From: Promethearchaeota archaeon
Lineage (GTDB): Archaea; Asgardarchaeota; Lokiarchaeia; Sigyniarchaeales; Promethearchaeaceae
Direction: 5' to 3'
NCBI GenBank assembly: GCA_016933055.1
Contig: JAFGBS010000004.1
Coordinates: 150,001-182,000 of the forward strand
DNA length: 32,000 bases
How positions within the stretch are numbered: the stretch's first letter is position 1; each line of letters begins with the position of its first letter. The notes beneath the pieces were generated by a model. That model was given only the letters and a program-made list of their open reading frames with translations, did no database searches and was not told the origin of the DNA. Shown piece after piece: positions 17,853-25,854 of this stretch. Both the position numbers and the translations under genes were made by a program.

Positions 17853-18371
17853 ATGGCAAATCTTATTCTTAAAGTTCTTATTTTAGGGACTGAGAGCGTT
17901 GGTAAAACAAATTTTAAAACGATTGCGGATAAATATTTCGAAACCGATTATAAACCAGTTGTGGGAGTAAATGTCCTAACTAAAACCGTTACTGTAGAAA
18001 TAGAAGGAAGGCCAATCAATACAATAATATCATTATGGGATATATCCGGTAAAACGCGATTTGATGAAATTCGAAAGCTCTTCTATAAAGGGGGTGTAGG
18101 TGCATTATTTGTGTTTAATTTGAATAAATCTTCATCATGGTTTCATGTCATAGAATGCTATAAAGAAATCGAAGTAGCAATCAAAAATATTCCCTTTATA
18201 GTTATTGGTAATTTAGAAAAACATCGTAAAAGCAAGGTAGATATCAAAGAAGTTATAGACTGGGTAGAAGAACATGGAGGGTATTTCGTGCAAATTGATC
18301 CAGAAAACAGTAGTTTATTAGAGACAACATTTGAAAATTTAATTACTGAAATTCTATCATCCTTAGAGTGA
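17853..18371 (+). CDS. Rab/Ras-like small GTPase with degenerate G2/G4/G5 motifs
   Basis: KVLILGTESVGKT (G1), YKPVVGV (G2 Thr absent), LWDISGKTRF (G3), FYKGGVGALFVF, IVIGNLEK (G4 not NKxD); no SAK and no C-terminal Cys. Confidence 0.85.
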   Translation: MANLILKVLILGTESVGKTNFKTIADKYFETDYKPVVGVNVLTKTVTVEIEGRPINTIISLWDISGKTRFDEIRKLFYKGGVGALFVFNLNKSSSWFHVIECYKEIEVAIKNIPFIVIGNLEKHRKSKVDIKEVIDWVEEHGGYFVQIDPENSSLLETTFENLITEILSSLE

Positions 18372-18396
18372 TGAAATTCTATCATCCTTAGAGTGA
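18347..18396 (+). repeat. Perfect 25-bp tandem direct repeat (2 copies)
   Basis: tgaaattctatcatccttagagtga at 18347-18371 and 18372-18396; copy 1 is the last codons and stop of the GTPase gene. Confidence 0.95.
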
Positions 18397-18413
18397 GTAA
18401 TTCTTTCTTATAG

Positions 18414-19085
18414 AGACCATTTCTCTACAAAATTTCTACTAGAAACTATGGATATCAGATGCACAACTATTTTTGGTATATACCAGAAATGCTGCATAGA
18501 GACTTTAAACGATTGATTGATCATCTATTCGGAGGGGGTGGTGAAAAAATACTCAGAAATTGATTCTGCAACCAATTGGAACGATAGAACTTGAAATTCT
18601 AAAGATATTTTAAATTTTAAATGGAGAATAACCGAAGAAATAATTGCAATAATGAGAGACATTCAACTAGTTGATACATAATATAATAATCCACCACTAA
18701 GCCACCTAATTATCGTCCTTTGGGAGGAACCTATAAATTTAGTGAGAAAAGTGATACCTTTGTTGTTCGAGAAATGAATGATAAAATAGGTGACTAAATT
18801 GAAAATTTATAATCCTTGAAAACTGCTGAAGATATTTAGAATTTTAAAGATGAAGCACATCATGGGATAATATGTGTATACAAAACTGACTTTATAAATT
18901 CATGAAGGTACGAAATCCATAATGTTAAAGTTAAGGAAAATTCAGATAAAGTCTTTTGAGTAGTATGGAAGTCAATCTATGACTTTATAAATGGTAGAAA
19001 TTACTTGATTCCAAGCGGATTACTTGACTTCCTCACAAAGGAAGACATCGGGAAATCTGTTCAAGAAGTACTAGTAGAATGGTAG
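18414..19085 (+). pseudogene. Possible decayed gene remnant
   Basis: About 700 bp with no intact ORF, but protein-like segments mostly in one frame interrupted by stops or frameshifts (e.g. MHNYFWYIPEMLHRDFKRLIDHLFGGGGEKIL; NFKDEAHHGII; WKSIYDFINGRNYLIPSGLLDFLTKEDIGKSVQEVLVEW*). Confidence 0.35.
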
Positions 19086-19107
19086 TCATTGGAAATGGGA
19101 TAATTTA

Positions 19108-20295
19108 ATGGTAGAATCCTCAATTGTACAAAATAAAATTTTTGGTTTATTAAAAGATCTTGGACAAATAAAGCCAGAAGAGATTCTCCATCGCTATAAT
19201 ACACAAACCCTAGGAAATAAATGTATAAGTCTGGACTTATCTGATTTGCATTTACAGATTCTTCCTCCTTCCTTAACAAATTTCCGCCATTTAAGAAAGC
19301 TTTACTTAAAATACAACCAAATAGACCATACGCCACCCTATCTAAGCACTTTGACTAGTTTAAGAACACTAAATTTAAGAAACAATTTGGTAACGTCTCT
19401 TCCTTCAAGTTTTAATAAATTAACTCAACTTCGAAAATTAGATTTACGTGAAAATAAATTCGTTAAGATACCCGATGTGATATTTGAACTCAAAAATTTG
19501 CGAGAATTCAAGATAAGTAATAATCCTATCAAGAATTTAGATCCTAAATTAGGATTACTGACTAAATTACGCTCAATCTACGCCAGAAATACGGGATTAT
19601 CAGACTTCCCGGGATTTTATTTTCCATTATCAAATTTACATACATTAGATTTGGGTGGAAATAATTTATCCTCTCTGCCTGATACTCTTGAAAACTGTCA
19701 ACATGTTCGGTTCTTCAATCTTCAAAAATGCCAACTCTATGAAATTCCTAATTCTATCGTGCAATTAAAAAAACTTGAAAGGCTGGATCTCCGTTCCAAT
19801 CAAATTCGGGAACTTAACGATCACTTATTCAGTATATCATCATTGAAAAGAATTGATTTTATATCAAATAATCTTGCTGAATTACCGGATAAATTCGAAA
19901 GATTAGATCAATTGGAAATTTTCCGTATAGGAGATAACCAATTGGAATACCTTCCACCAAGTATCTCTTCATTAAAAAAACTAACGCACTTAGAATTACA
20001 CCATAACCGCATTGAAAAATTTCCTGAAGTCATTTGTAAGTTACTAAATTTAAAGGAATTAATACTACATACAAATAAATTAGAACATCTACCCGATTCT
20101 ATTGGAAATTTAATATCTCTACGATTTTTGGATATTAGTAATAATCCATTTGAAATGTTGCCTGAGAACATAAAACACTTACCCAATCTTCGAGGATTAT
20201 GGATTTCAAATTCAATGAATCAATATGCCCGAAATCATGTACTATTGACCGCGCTCCGTAAAAGAAACTGCATTGTCTCAATAAAGTCTGTGTGA
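19108..20295 (+). CDS. Cytoplasmic leucine-rich repeat protein
   Basis: Roughly 13-14 consecutive 23-aa LxxLxLxxNxLxxLPxxIxxL repeats; no signal peptide, TM segment or other domain evident. Confidence 0.93.
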   Translation: MVESSIVQNKIFGLLKDLGQIKPEEILHRYNTQTLGNKCISLDLSDLHLQILPPSLTNFRHLRKLYLKYNQIDHTPPYLSTLTSLRTLNLRNNLVTSLPSSFNKLTQLRKLDLRENKFVKIPDVIFELKNLREFKISNNPIKNLDPKLGLLTKLRSIYARNTGLSDFPGFYFPLSNLHTLDLGGNNLSSLPDTLENCQHVRFFNLQKCQLYEIPNSIVQLKKLERLDLRSNQIRELNDHLFSISSLKRIDFISNNLAELPDKFERLDQLEIFRIGDNQLEYLPPSISSLKKLTHLELHHNRIEKFPEVICKLLNLKELILHTNKLEHLPDSIGNLISLRFLDISNNPFEMLPENIKHLPNLRGLWISNSMNQYARNHVLLTALRKRNCIVSIKSV

Positions 20296-20309
20296 TAGGA
20301 GGAATATAC

Positions 20310-21491
20310 GTGGAAAAATATAAAACTAATGGTGATTCCCGTCTTTTCTATCAATTAATTCAGGAATTGAATTTAAATGATCGAGTAAATAAGGTTCTCA
20401 AAAGATCAAATACGCTTTTTCTTAATGATCAATTAATATATTTGAATTTTTCAAATCTCCAGATTCGATACCTGCCGGATCTCCTCTTTGAGTTTAAAAA
20501 AATCAGGTATTTGAATTTGTCTTCGAACCAATTAACGGAGATTCCGATTTCGATTAACAAACTACCCGATTTAAAATACATTAATTTACAAAGTAACAGA
20601 TTAAAATCATTACCTGATACTCTCTGTGCTTTGGAAAAATTACAATATTTGGATGTAGGTCGTAATAATATCTCCCAACTTCCTTCCGAGATTGGAAATC
20701 TTACTCTATTAGAACATCTCAACATAAAATCAAATGAGTTATTTACTATTCCATTAAGTTTCTGGAATCTTCGAGATTTATGTAAATTAGATATGCGTGG
20801 AAATAAAATTTCCTCTTTACCCAATGATGTTAAAAGGATGCAAAATCTCCAATTCTTAAATTTACAAAGAAATTATTTATCAAGTCTACCTTCAGAGTTA
20901 TTCACTTTACCAAATTTAGTCCGATTAGACGTCAGGGATAATTATATTCATAAGCTTCCCGACAATTTACCAAATTTAAAGAGTCTTAAACGTTTCGAAA
21001 TAGGATTTAATGGTTTGACTATGTTGCCCTCCAATTTTGGTGATCAATTACATCTTGAAGAATTCCAAGCCTATAAAAACAAGTTAAAAATTCTCCCCGA
21101 AAGTATTGGAAAACTTAAGAAATTGCGAAAACTGGATTTACAGTATAATCAACTCCTATTATTCCCCTCAAAATTATGCAACGCAACTCTTCTCGAAGAA
21201 TTACTCTTAAATCATAATAATCTAGCTTCAATACCTGAAGAAATCTCCTCCCTTCAAAAATTGACTAGTTTACATTTACAAAACAACAACATATCCTCAT
21301 TACCTAGGCAAATTAACTCCATGAATTTGGACTACTTAAATATTTCAAATAATCCGATTGAAAAATTTCCATTCAATGCAGAATTTTTAGATAAAATAGA
21401 AAATTTGGTCATAGATTCTGACCAAGCACAAAAATGGTCTCAGAATCTTAAAGAAAAACGCTATAAACTCAGAATTACTCCCGTTTTTTAA
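20310..21491 (+). CDS. Cytoplasmic leucine-rich repeat protein (paralog of upstream gene)
   Basis: Same 23-aa LRR period. AGGAGG at 20297-20302 favours GTG 20310 over the track start 20292. Confidence 0.93.
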   Translation: MEKYKTNGDSRLFYQLIQELNLNDRVNKVLKRSNTLFLNDQLIYLNFSNLQIRYLPDLLFEFKKIRYLNLSSNQLTEIPISINKLPDLKYINLQSNRLKSLPDTLCALEKLQYLDVGRNNISQLPSEIGNLTLLEHLNIKSNELFTIPLSFWNLRDLCKLDMRGNKISSLPNDVKRMQNLQFLNLQRNYLSSLPSELFTLPNLVRLDVRDNYIHKLPDNLPNLKSLKRFEIGFNGLTMLPSNFGDQLHLEEFQAYKNKLKILPESIGKLKKLRKLDLQYNQLLLFPSKLCNATLLEELLLNHNNLASIPEEISSLQKLTSLHLQNNNISSLPRQINSMNLDYLNISNNPIEKFPFNAEFLDKIENLVIDSDQAQKWSQNLKEKRYKLRITPVF

Positions 21492-21497
21492 TTCCAA

Positions 21498-22070
21498 TCA
21501 AAATTCCAAGAGAAATCGTGGATATGAGATATTTTTAAAATGATTTTTCTTGATAAGTAAAGAATTTTCGAGAAATCGATCCAATTCTCCGCATTCCAAG
21601 CTTTCAATTTGCACTGAAACCCATGTTCTTGTCTCATAATTTATTATGGTTTTTTCTAGTGTGATATTTCCAAGGTCTTTTTTTTTCCTTTTTTTAATAA
21701 GTTGGTTCAGTGAATAATTTCGCTCTTGCAATAAATCAATGACTTTATGTACTTTTGGAGATTGACCTTGTTGATTTTTTAAGAGATTAATGAAATTCTC
21801 GACTGATCTACATTCTGCATTTCTAGAAATTGGATATTTCACACATTTATCCCAAAGTTCGTATATACCATTCGATTCTTCAAGAATTTTCAATTCTAAG
21901 AGGGGGACTTCAGACATGATGGATCGTATTTTTAATCCAAAATCAATTGAATGAAAATTGTAGTAGAGATCGATTCGGGATTCAATAATCTCGGTATTTA
22001 ATATACTTTCAATTACTAGATCCAATTCACGAGATTTTTCAATAGATAAAAAAGTTCTCCATTCCCACAT
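21498..22070 (-). CDS. CYTH-like (triphosphate tunnel metalloenzyme) protein
   Basis: MWEWRTF (ExR), ESRIDLYY, FGLKIR, LELK, KKRKK, WVSVQIE, SYPRF follow the CYTH strand and motif order. Start ATG 22070 (RBS-like AGGTGG) or GTG 22079. Confidence 0.6.
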   Translation of the reverse strand: MWEWRTFLSIEKSRELDLVIESILNTEIIESRIDLYYNFHSIDFGLKIRSIMSEVPLLELKILEESNGIYELWDKCVKYPISRNAECRSVENFINLLKNQQGQSPKVHKVIDLLQERNYSLNQLIKKRKKKDLGNITLEKTIINYETRTWVSVQIESLECGELDRFLENSLLIKKNHFKNISYPRFLLEF

Positions 22071-22079
22071 CCTATCCAC

Positions 22080-23714
22080 CTAAGTAATAAATTCCATTAA
22101 TTCATCTTCCATCCATTCGAGTTCGTTTTCTCCGATATCAATCGGATGAATCATAACAGGAGCAAATTCATTATAAAATTCTGTCAATTCTTCATAAATA
22201 CCCTTTTGAACATCTAAATTCACTGTATTTTGGGCTCCAATATAACGCATTTTGCAATACAACTCCGAATGAGTGTTATTTTCTCGAGTTTTTTGGTTTT
22301 TCTCTATCGTTAACTTATAAATTCTTTCCGATTTATTATGTTTCACTAAAAATCCGTAACTACGGAAAAAAGCATACCCATCAATAGATATTGAAGGTAA
22401 CAGATATTTGTTTAGTTCATGCACGGAAGTGATCATTATAGATCTCACCGGATATTGATACTCTTCCGTGATATAAAATTCAGGAGAGGATGTTTTTATA
22501 GGAATACTTTTTGGAGGGAGATGATACTGAATATTCGGACCTGTGATTCGGATCAACATGGAGGGAATGGGAAATCCAAGATATCCCGATACATAGTTTT
22601 CATTTTTAATCAGCATTCTGGCATCTTCGTCATATAATGAAAAATTTTTCGAGGTTTTTATTAATTTATATAAATACCCGGTGATATTACCATATCGATA
22701 CCATGATTGATTTACGGGGAAATATCCCGATATTTGCCTACCAAATGGTTCTGTCCATAATGTTTGGTTTTGGATATAGGATTCTGATACTAAAGTAGTT
22801 CCTCTCCATTTCTTAGAAATAAACGCTAAACATCCATAATTGCGTAGGATTTCACTAATCTGGGCGTCCAATTGCTTCTCTTTTTTAATCATTACTGGAT
22901 CTATTTTGAATTCTAAGCGGCAGAACTTTTCTCTGTCCAAGTATTCTCCGATAATATCTGGGTGCGCTAAAAAATCTTTGGGTTGTACAAAATTGAGACC
23001 ATAATATTCCACTCCGGGATCTATAGTGATCCGAATGGTATGTTTATAATTTGGCTTTTCAGGGATTAAATGGGTTCTTGCGTATTGGGTCATTAGATAT
23101 GGAACTAGTGTTTTTTGATGAAGGGTCCGGATTTGACTATTAAGGAAATTTTGTAATTCACTGCTAAGACGCTCATCTAAATTTGAAGGAACACATAATA
23201 ATCTGATAATTTCTTCGAGAGTTAAATTGGATTTGAGTTCTTCGGATATATCTTCCTTACGTAATCGACTTTTCGTTTTAAAGGTTGATTGATGTAGCAA
23301 CCCATCCTCAGAGGCGCGCTGTATTCGGAAAATAATGTCATTCCTAATATTATCCTGTGAGGAAATTAATCTCTGATCCTGAGGGACGGTGTCAGAAAAA
23401 CCAGGAAAATATATCTCATCATGATCTAACGTCGATTTTATTTCTAAAATATTGAATAAACTATCTGCAGCAAAGTGAACGGTATTATCATTTCGATGCT
23501 TGGAATAAATTCTCGCTTTTATTGATATTCCGGGACGAACACCCAACTTAGATCCGAAATAGATAGTTTTGCTGATTGGTGTTTTCGGAAAAGTATGAGT
23601 TTTAAATCCGATACTAAGAAAATCTTCTGTTAATGCTTTCAGATCTTGCGAATAAAAAACATATCGAAGTTCCGATCGTTCTAGATCAATCGGAAGTGCC
23701 TTTTGCATAGTCAT
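22080..23714 (-). CDS. VTC-domain (polyphosphate polymerase-like) protein with a second, degenerate tunnel-like domain
   Basis: ELRY, SKTIYFG, IKARIY, ILEIKS, P..MTQYART, IRITIDP, RLEFK, ISKKW match the VTC/Vtc4-type motif series; the C-terminal ~210 aa repeats a similar strand pattern (FFRSYGFLV, YKLTIEK, ELYCKMRYIG). Confidence 0.72.
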   Translation of the reverse strand: MTMQKALPIDLERSELRYVFYSQDLKALTEDFLSIGFKTHTFPKTPISKTIYFGSKLGVRPGISIKARIYSKHRNDNTVHFAADSLFNILEIKSTLDHDEIYFPGFSDTVPQDQRLISSQDNIRNDIIFRIQRASEDGLLHQSTFKTKSRLRKEDISEELKSNLTLEEIIRLLCVPSNLDERLSSELQNFLNSQIRTLHQKTLVPYLMTQYARTHLIPEKPNYKHTIRITIDPGVEYYGLNFVQPKDFLAHPDIIGEYLDREKFCRLEFKIDPVMIKKEKQLDAQISEILRNYGCLAFISKKWRGTTLVSESYIQNQTLWTEPFGRQISGYFPVNQSWYRYGNITGYLYKLIKTSKNFSLYDEDARMLIKNENYVSGYLGFPIPSMLIRITGPNIQYHLPPKSIPIKTSSPEFYITEEYQYPVRSIMITSVHELNKYLLPSISIDGYAFFRSYGFLVKHNKSERIYKLTIEKNQKTRENNTHSELYCKMRYIGAQNTVNLDVQKGIYEELTEFYNEFAPVMIHPIDIGENELEWMEDELMEFIT

Positions 23715-23853
23715 ATCTCTTCATCCTATGAAAACGAGGAGATTACAAATTTCTAAAAGTTCTCTTCTCGACAAAAACTCTTCTTTATATATATTCGCTT
23801 CGAGTTAAAAAATATATGGATAGCCTAATAAATAAGACTTGAAATAATGGGTT

Positions 23854-24576
23854 TTATTTTTTATTACCGGTTCTCCGTGCTGCAATTAATCCCACTTTGC
23901 GACCAGGTGGAGCATTCCTACTAATGGTTGTAGGCTTGTGGGGGCTTTTATGTCCTCCTCCTCCAAATGGGTGGGAAGAAGCATTCATTGCCACACCAGA
24001 CGTCCTTGGCCATACACCATGTCTGGTACTCTGATACATGAATTTATTCCCTGCCTTTACGAATGGTTTGATAGTTCTACCGCCTCCTGCAACCACTCCT
24101 ATCGTACATCTGGATGTTAAGGGGACTCTCTTAATTTTCCCTGAAGGTAATCGAATATTAGCATGGGTCGGTGTTTTGGTTAACATAACGGCATATGTAC
24201 CTGATCCGCGAACAAATTTTCCCCCATCATCTTTCTGACCCTCTATATTATAAATATACGTTCCTTCTGGGATATTTTTCAAAATCAAGACATTTCCTAC
24301 TTTTATTTCGGAGTTGTTTCCTATGACTATGGTATCTCCTACCTTTATTCCCTCAGGAGGAAGGTACAATTCTTTTTTACCATCCTCATATTGAATTAAG
24401 GCAACAGGAGCTCCACGTCCTGGATCATGGAGTAAATCTTTGACAGTTGCAGTCTTTTCATCCGTATCAGTTGGGGGGAAATATCGATATTTTACTTGTC
24501 CTCTGCGCTTATGAGTTGGGGATTGAAAATTGGGAGTTCCTCTTCCTCTTCTCTGTACGAGTATTCTTTTACCCAT
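23854..24576 (-). CDS. rpl2: 50S ribosomal protein uL2
   Basis: MGKRILVQRRGRG, HDPGRGAP, DGGKFVRGSG, LPSGK, GVAMNASSHPFGGG, APPGRKVGLIAARRTG. Start at ATG 24576 rather than 24585. Confidence 0.97.
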   Translation of the reverse strand: MGKRILVQRRGRGTPNFQSPTHKRRGQVKYRYFPPTDTDEKTATVKDLLHDPGRGAPVALIQYEDGKKELYLPPEGIKVGDTIVIGNNSEIKVGNVLILKNIPEGTYIYNIEGQKDDGGKFVRGSGTYAVMLTKTPTHANIRLPSGKIKRVPLTSRCTIGVVAGGGRTIKPFVKAGNKFMYQSTRHGVWPRTSGVAMNASSHPFGGGGHKSPHKPTTISRNAPPGRKVGLIAARRTGNKK

Positions 24577-24735
24577 GTTTATCACTATATTATAGGATCT
24601 TGATGACTAATATCTGAATGTCTAAATCTATAATCGCATATTTTTGAATTTTGTCATTTGTGAAGCGCAATTCACCGATCGTTAGGTATCCAAAACTTTT
24701 TTTCACACCACTCTCTAACATCCTTGGGAAACCTA

Positions 24736-25842
24736 ATGGACGAAAATAAACGATTACAAGCAAAAATCGAGGAATTAACCAAGGAACGGGATCTGTATAA
24801 AAATAATTTTTCTAGATTACAAAGTCAGATCCAGCGAACCAGACCGCCCCTATTAATTGCTTCCGTGACACGAATTTTCGATGACGGATATTGTATCATT
24901 CACACTCCTTCAGGAAACGATTTTTTAGTACAAAATCCGTTTCGAGAACTGAGTCCAGGTGACTCCGTTGGAATTGATCAAACTACGTTTAATCTAATAA
25001 AGATTTTACCACCAAATGTAGATCGTTTTGTTGCCGGGATGGAATTAGATGAACGTCCTCAAGAAACTTATGAAGACATCGGAGGATTGGATGAAGTGAT
25101 CTTATCTCTTCGTGAAGTAGTAGAATTAGCTATTACTAATCCTAAAATTTTTCAGACTATCGGGATCCAACCTCCAAATGGAGTGTTATTAGAGGGGGAT
25201 CCGGGAACTGGAAAAACCCTTTTGGCACGAGCTGTGGCAAATGCAACCCAAGCAACTTTTATACGATTGGTAGGGTCTGAATTAGTGCAGAAATATATTG
25301 GAGAAGGTGCACGTTTAGTAAGAGAGCTATTTGCTTTAGCAAGAGATCGTGCCCCATGTATTTTATTTATTGATGAAATTGACGCTATCGCTTCAAGAAG
25401 AACTCCTGATTCACAAGTTTCCGATCGTGAAGTACAACGTACATTAATGCAATTACTAGCGGAAATGGATGGGTTTAACGAATTAGGAAATGTAAAAATT
25501 CTTGCCGCAACCAATCGTCCCGATATATTAGATCCGGCTATCCTCCGACCAGGAAGATTTGATCGGATTATTCATATACCAGAACCAGATCCTCATGGAC
25601 GATTAGAGATTTTCAAAATTCACACCCGAAAAATGCCCTTGAAAAATGTAAAATTAAGTATACTGTCTCAGAAATGGGATAAACTAACGGGTGCAGATAT
25701 TAAAGCGATATGCATTGAAGCAGGTTTAAATGCGATTCGAAATAACAGGACTACCGTCGTACAGAGTGATTTTGAAATAGGCTATAATAGATATTTCCGA
25801 AAACTTCAAGAAAAACGGGTAGGTGCTGCGGTTTATACTTAA
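24736..25842 (+). CDS. pan: Proteasome-activating nucleotidase (AAA+)
   Basis: Short coiled coil + OB domain, YEDIGGL, Walker A GDPGTGKT, pore loop VQKYIGEG, Walker B FIDEID, DREVQRT, SRH ATNRPDILDPAILRPGRFDR, C-terminal HbYX (VYT). Alternative TTG start 24724. Confidence 0.93.
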   Translation: MDENKRLQAKIEELTKERDLYKNNFSRLQSQIQRTRPPLLIASVTRIFDDGYCIIHTPSGNDFLVQNPFRELSPGDSVGIDQTTFNLIKILPPNVDRFVAGMELDERPQETYEDIGGLDEVILSLREVVELAITNPKIFQTIGIQPPNGVLLEGDPGTGKTLLARAVANATQATFIRLVGSELVQKYIGEGARLVRELFALARDRAPCILFIDEIDAIASRRTPDSQVSDREVQRTLMQLLAEMDGFNELGNVKILAATNRPDILDPAILRPGRFDRIIHIPEPDPHGRLEIFKIHTRKMPLKNVKLSILSQKWDKLTGADIKAICIEAGLNAIRNNRTTVVQSDFEIGYNRYFRKLQEKRVGAAVYT

Positions 25843-25854
25843 GTCATATTTCTT

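Noticed and set aside
18347-18396. CRISPR array interpretation of the 25-bp repeat
   Set aside because: Only two copies, no spacer between them, no cas genes, and copy 1 is coding sequence.
18414-19085. Selenocysteine or pyrrolysine read-through or alternative genetic code
   Set aside because: The in-frame stops are a mix of TAA, TAG and TGA plus apparent frameshifts, and all neighbouring genes use the standard code.
17853-21491. Split Roco protein
   Set aside because: No COR domain is visible, the GTPase resembles Rab rather than Roc, and gene order is GTPase then LRR with a 700-bp gap.
24601-24617. Box C (TGATGA) and box D (CTGA) like motifs in the rpl2-pan intergenic region
   Set aside because: Only 7 nt apart, no room for guide sequences, no second C'/D' pair and only a 2-bp flanking stem; compatible with chance in AT-rich DNA.
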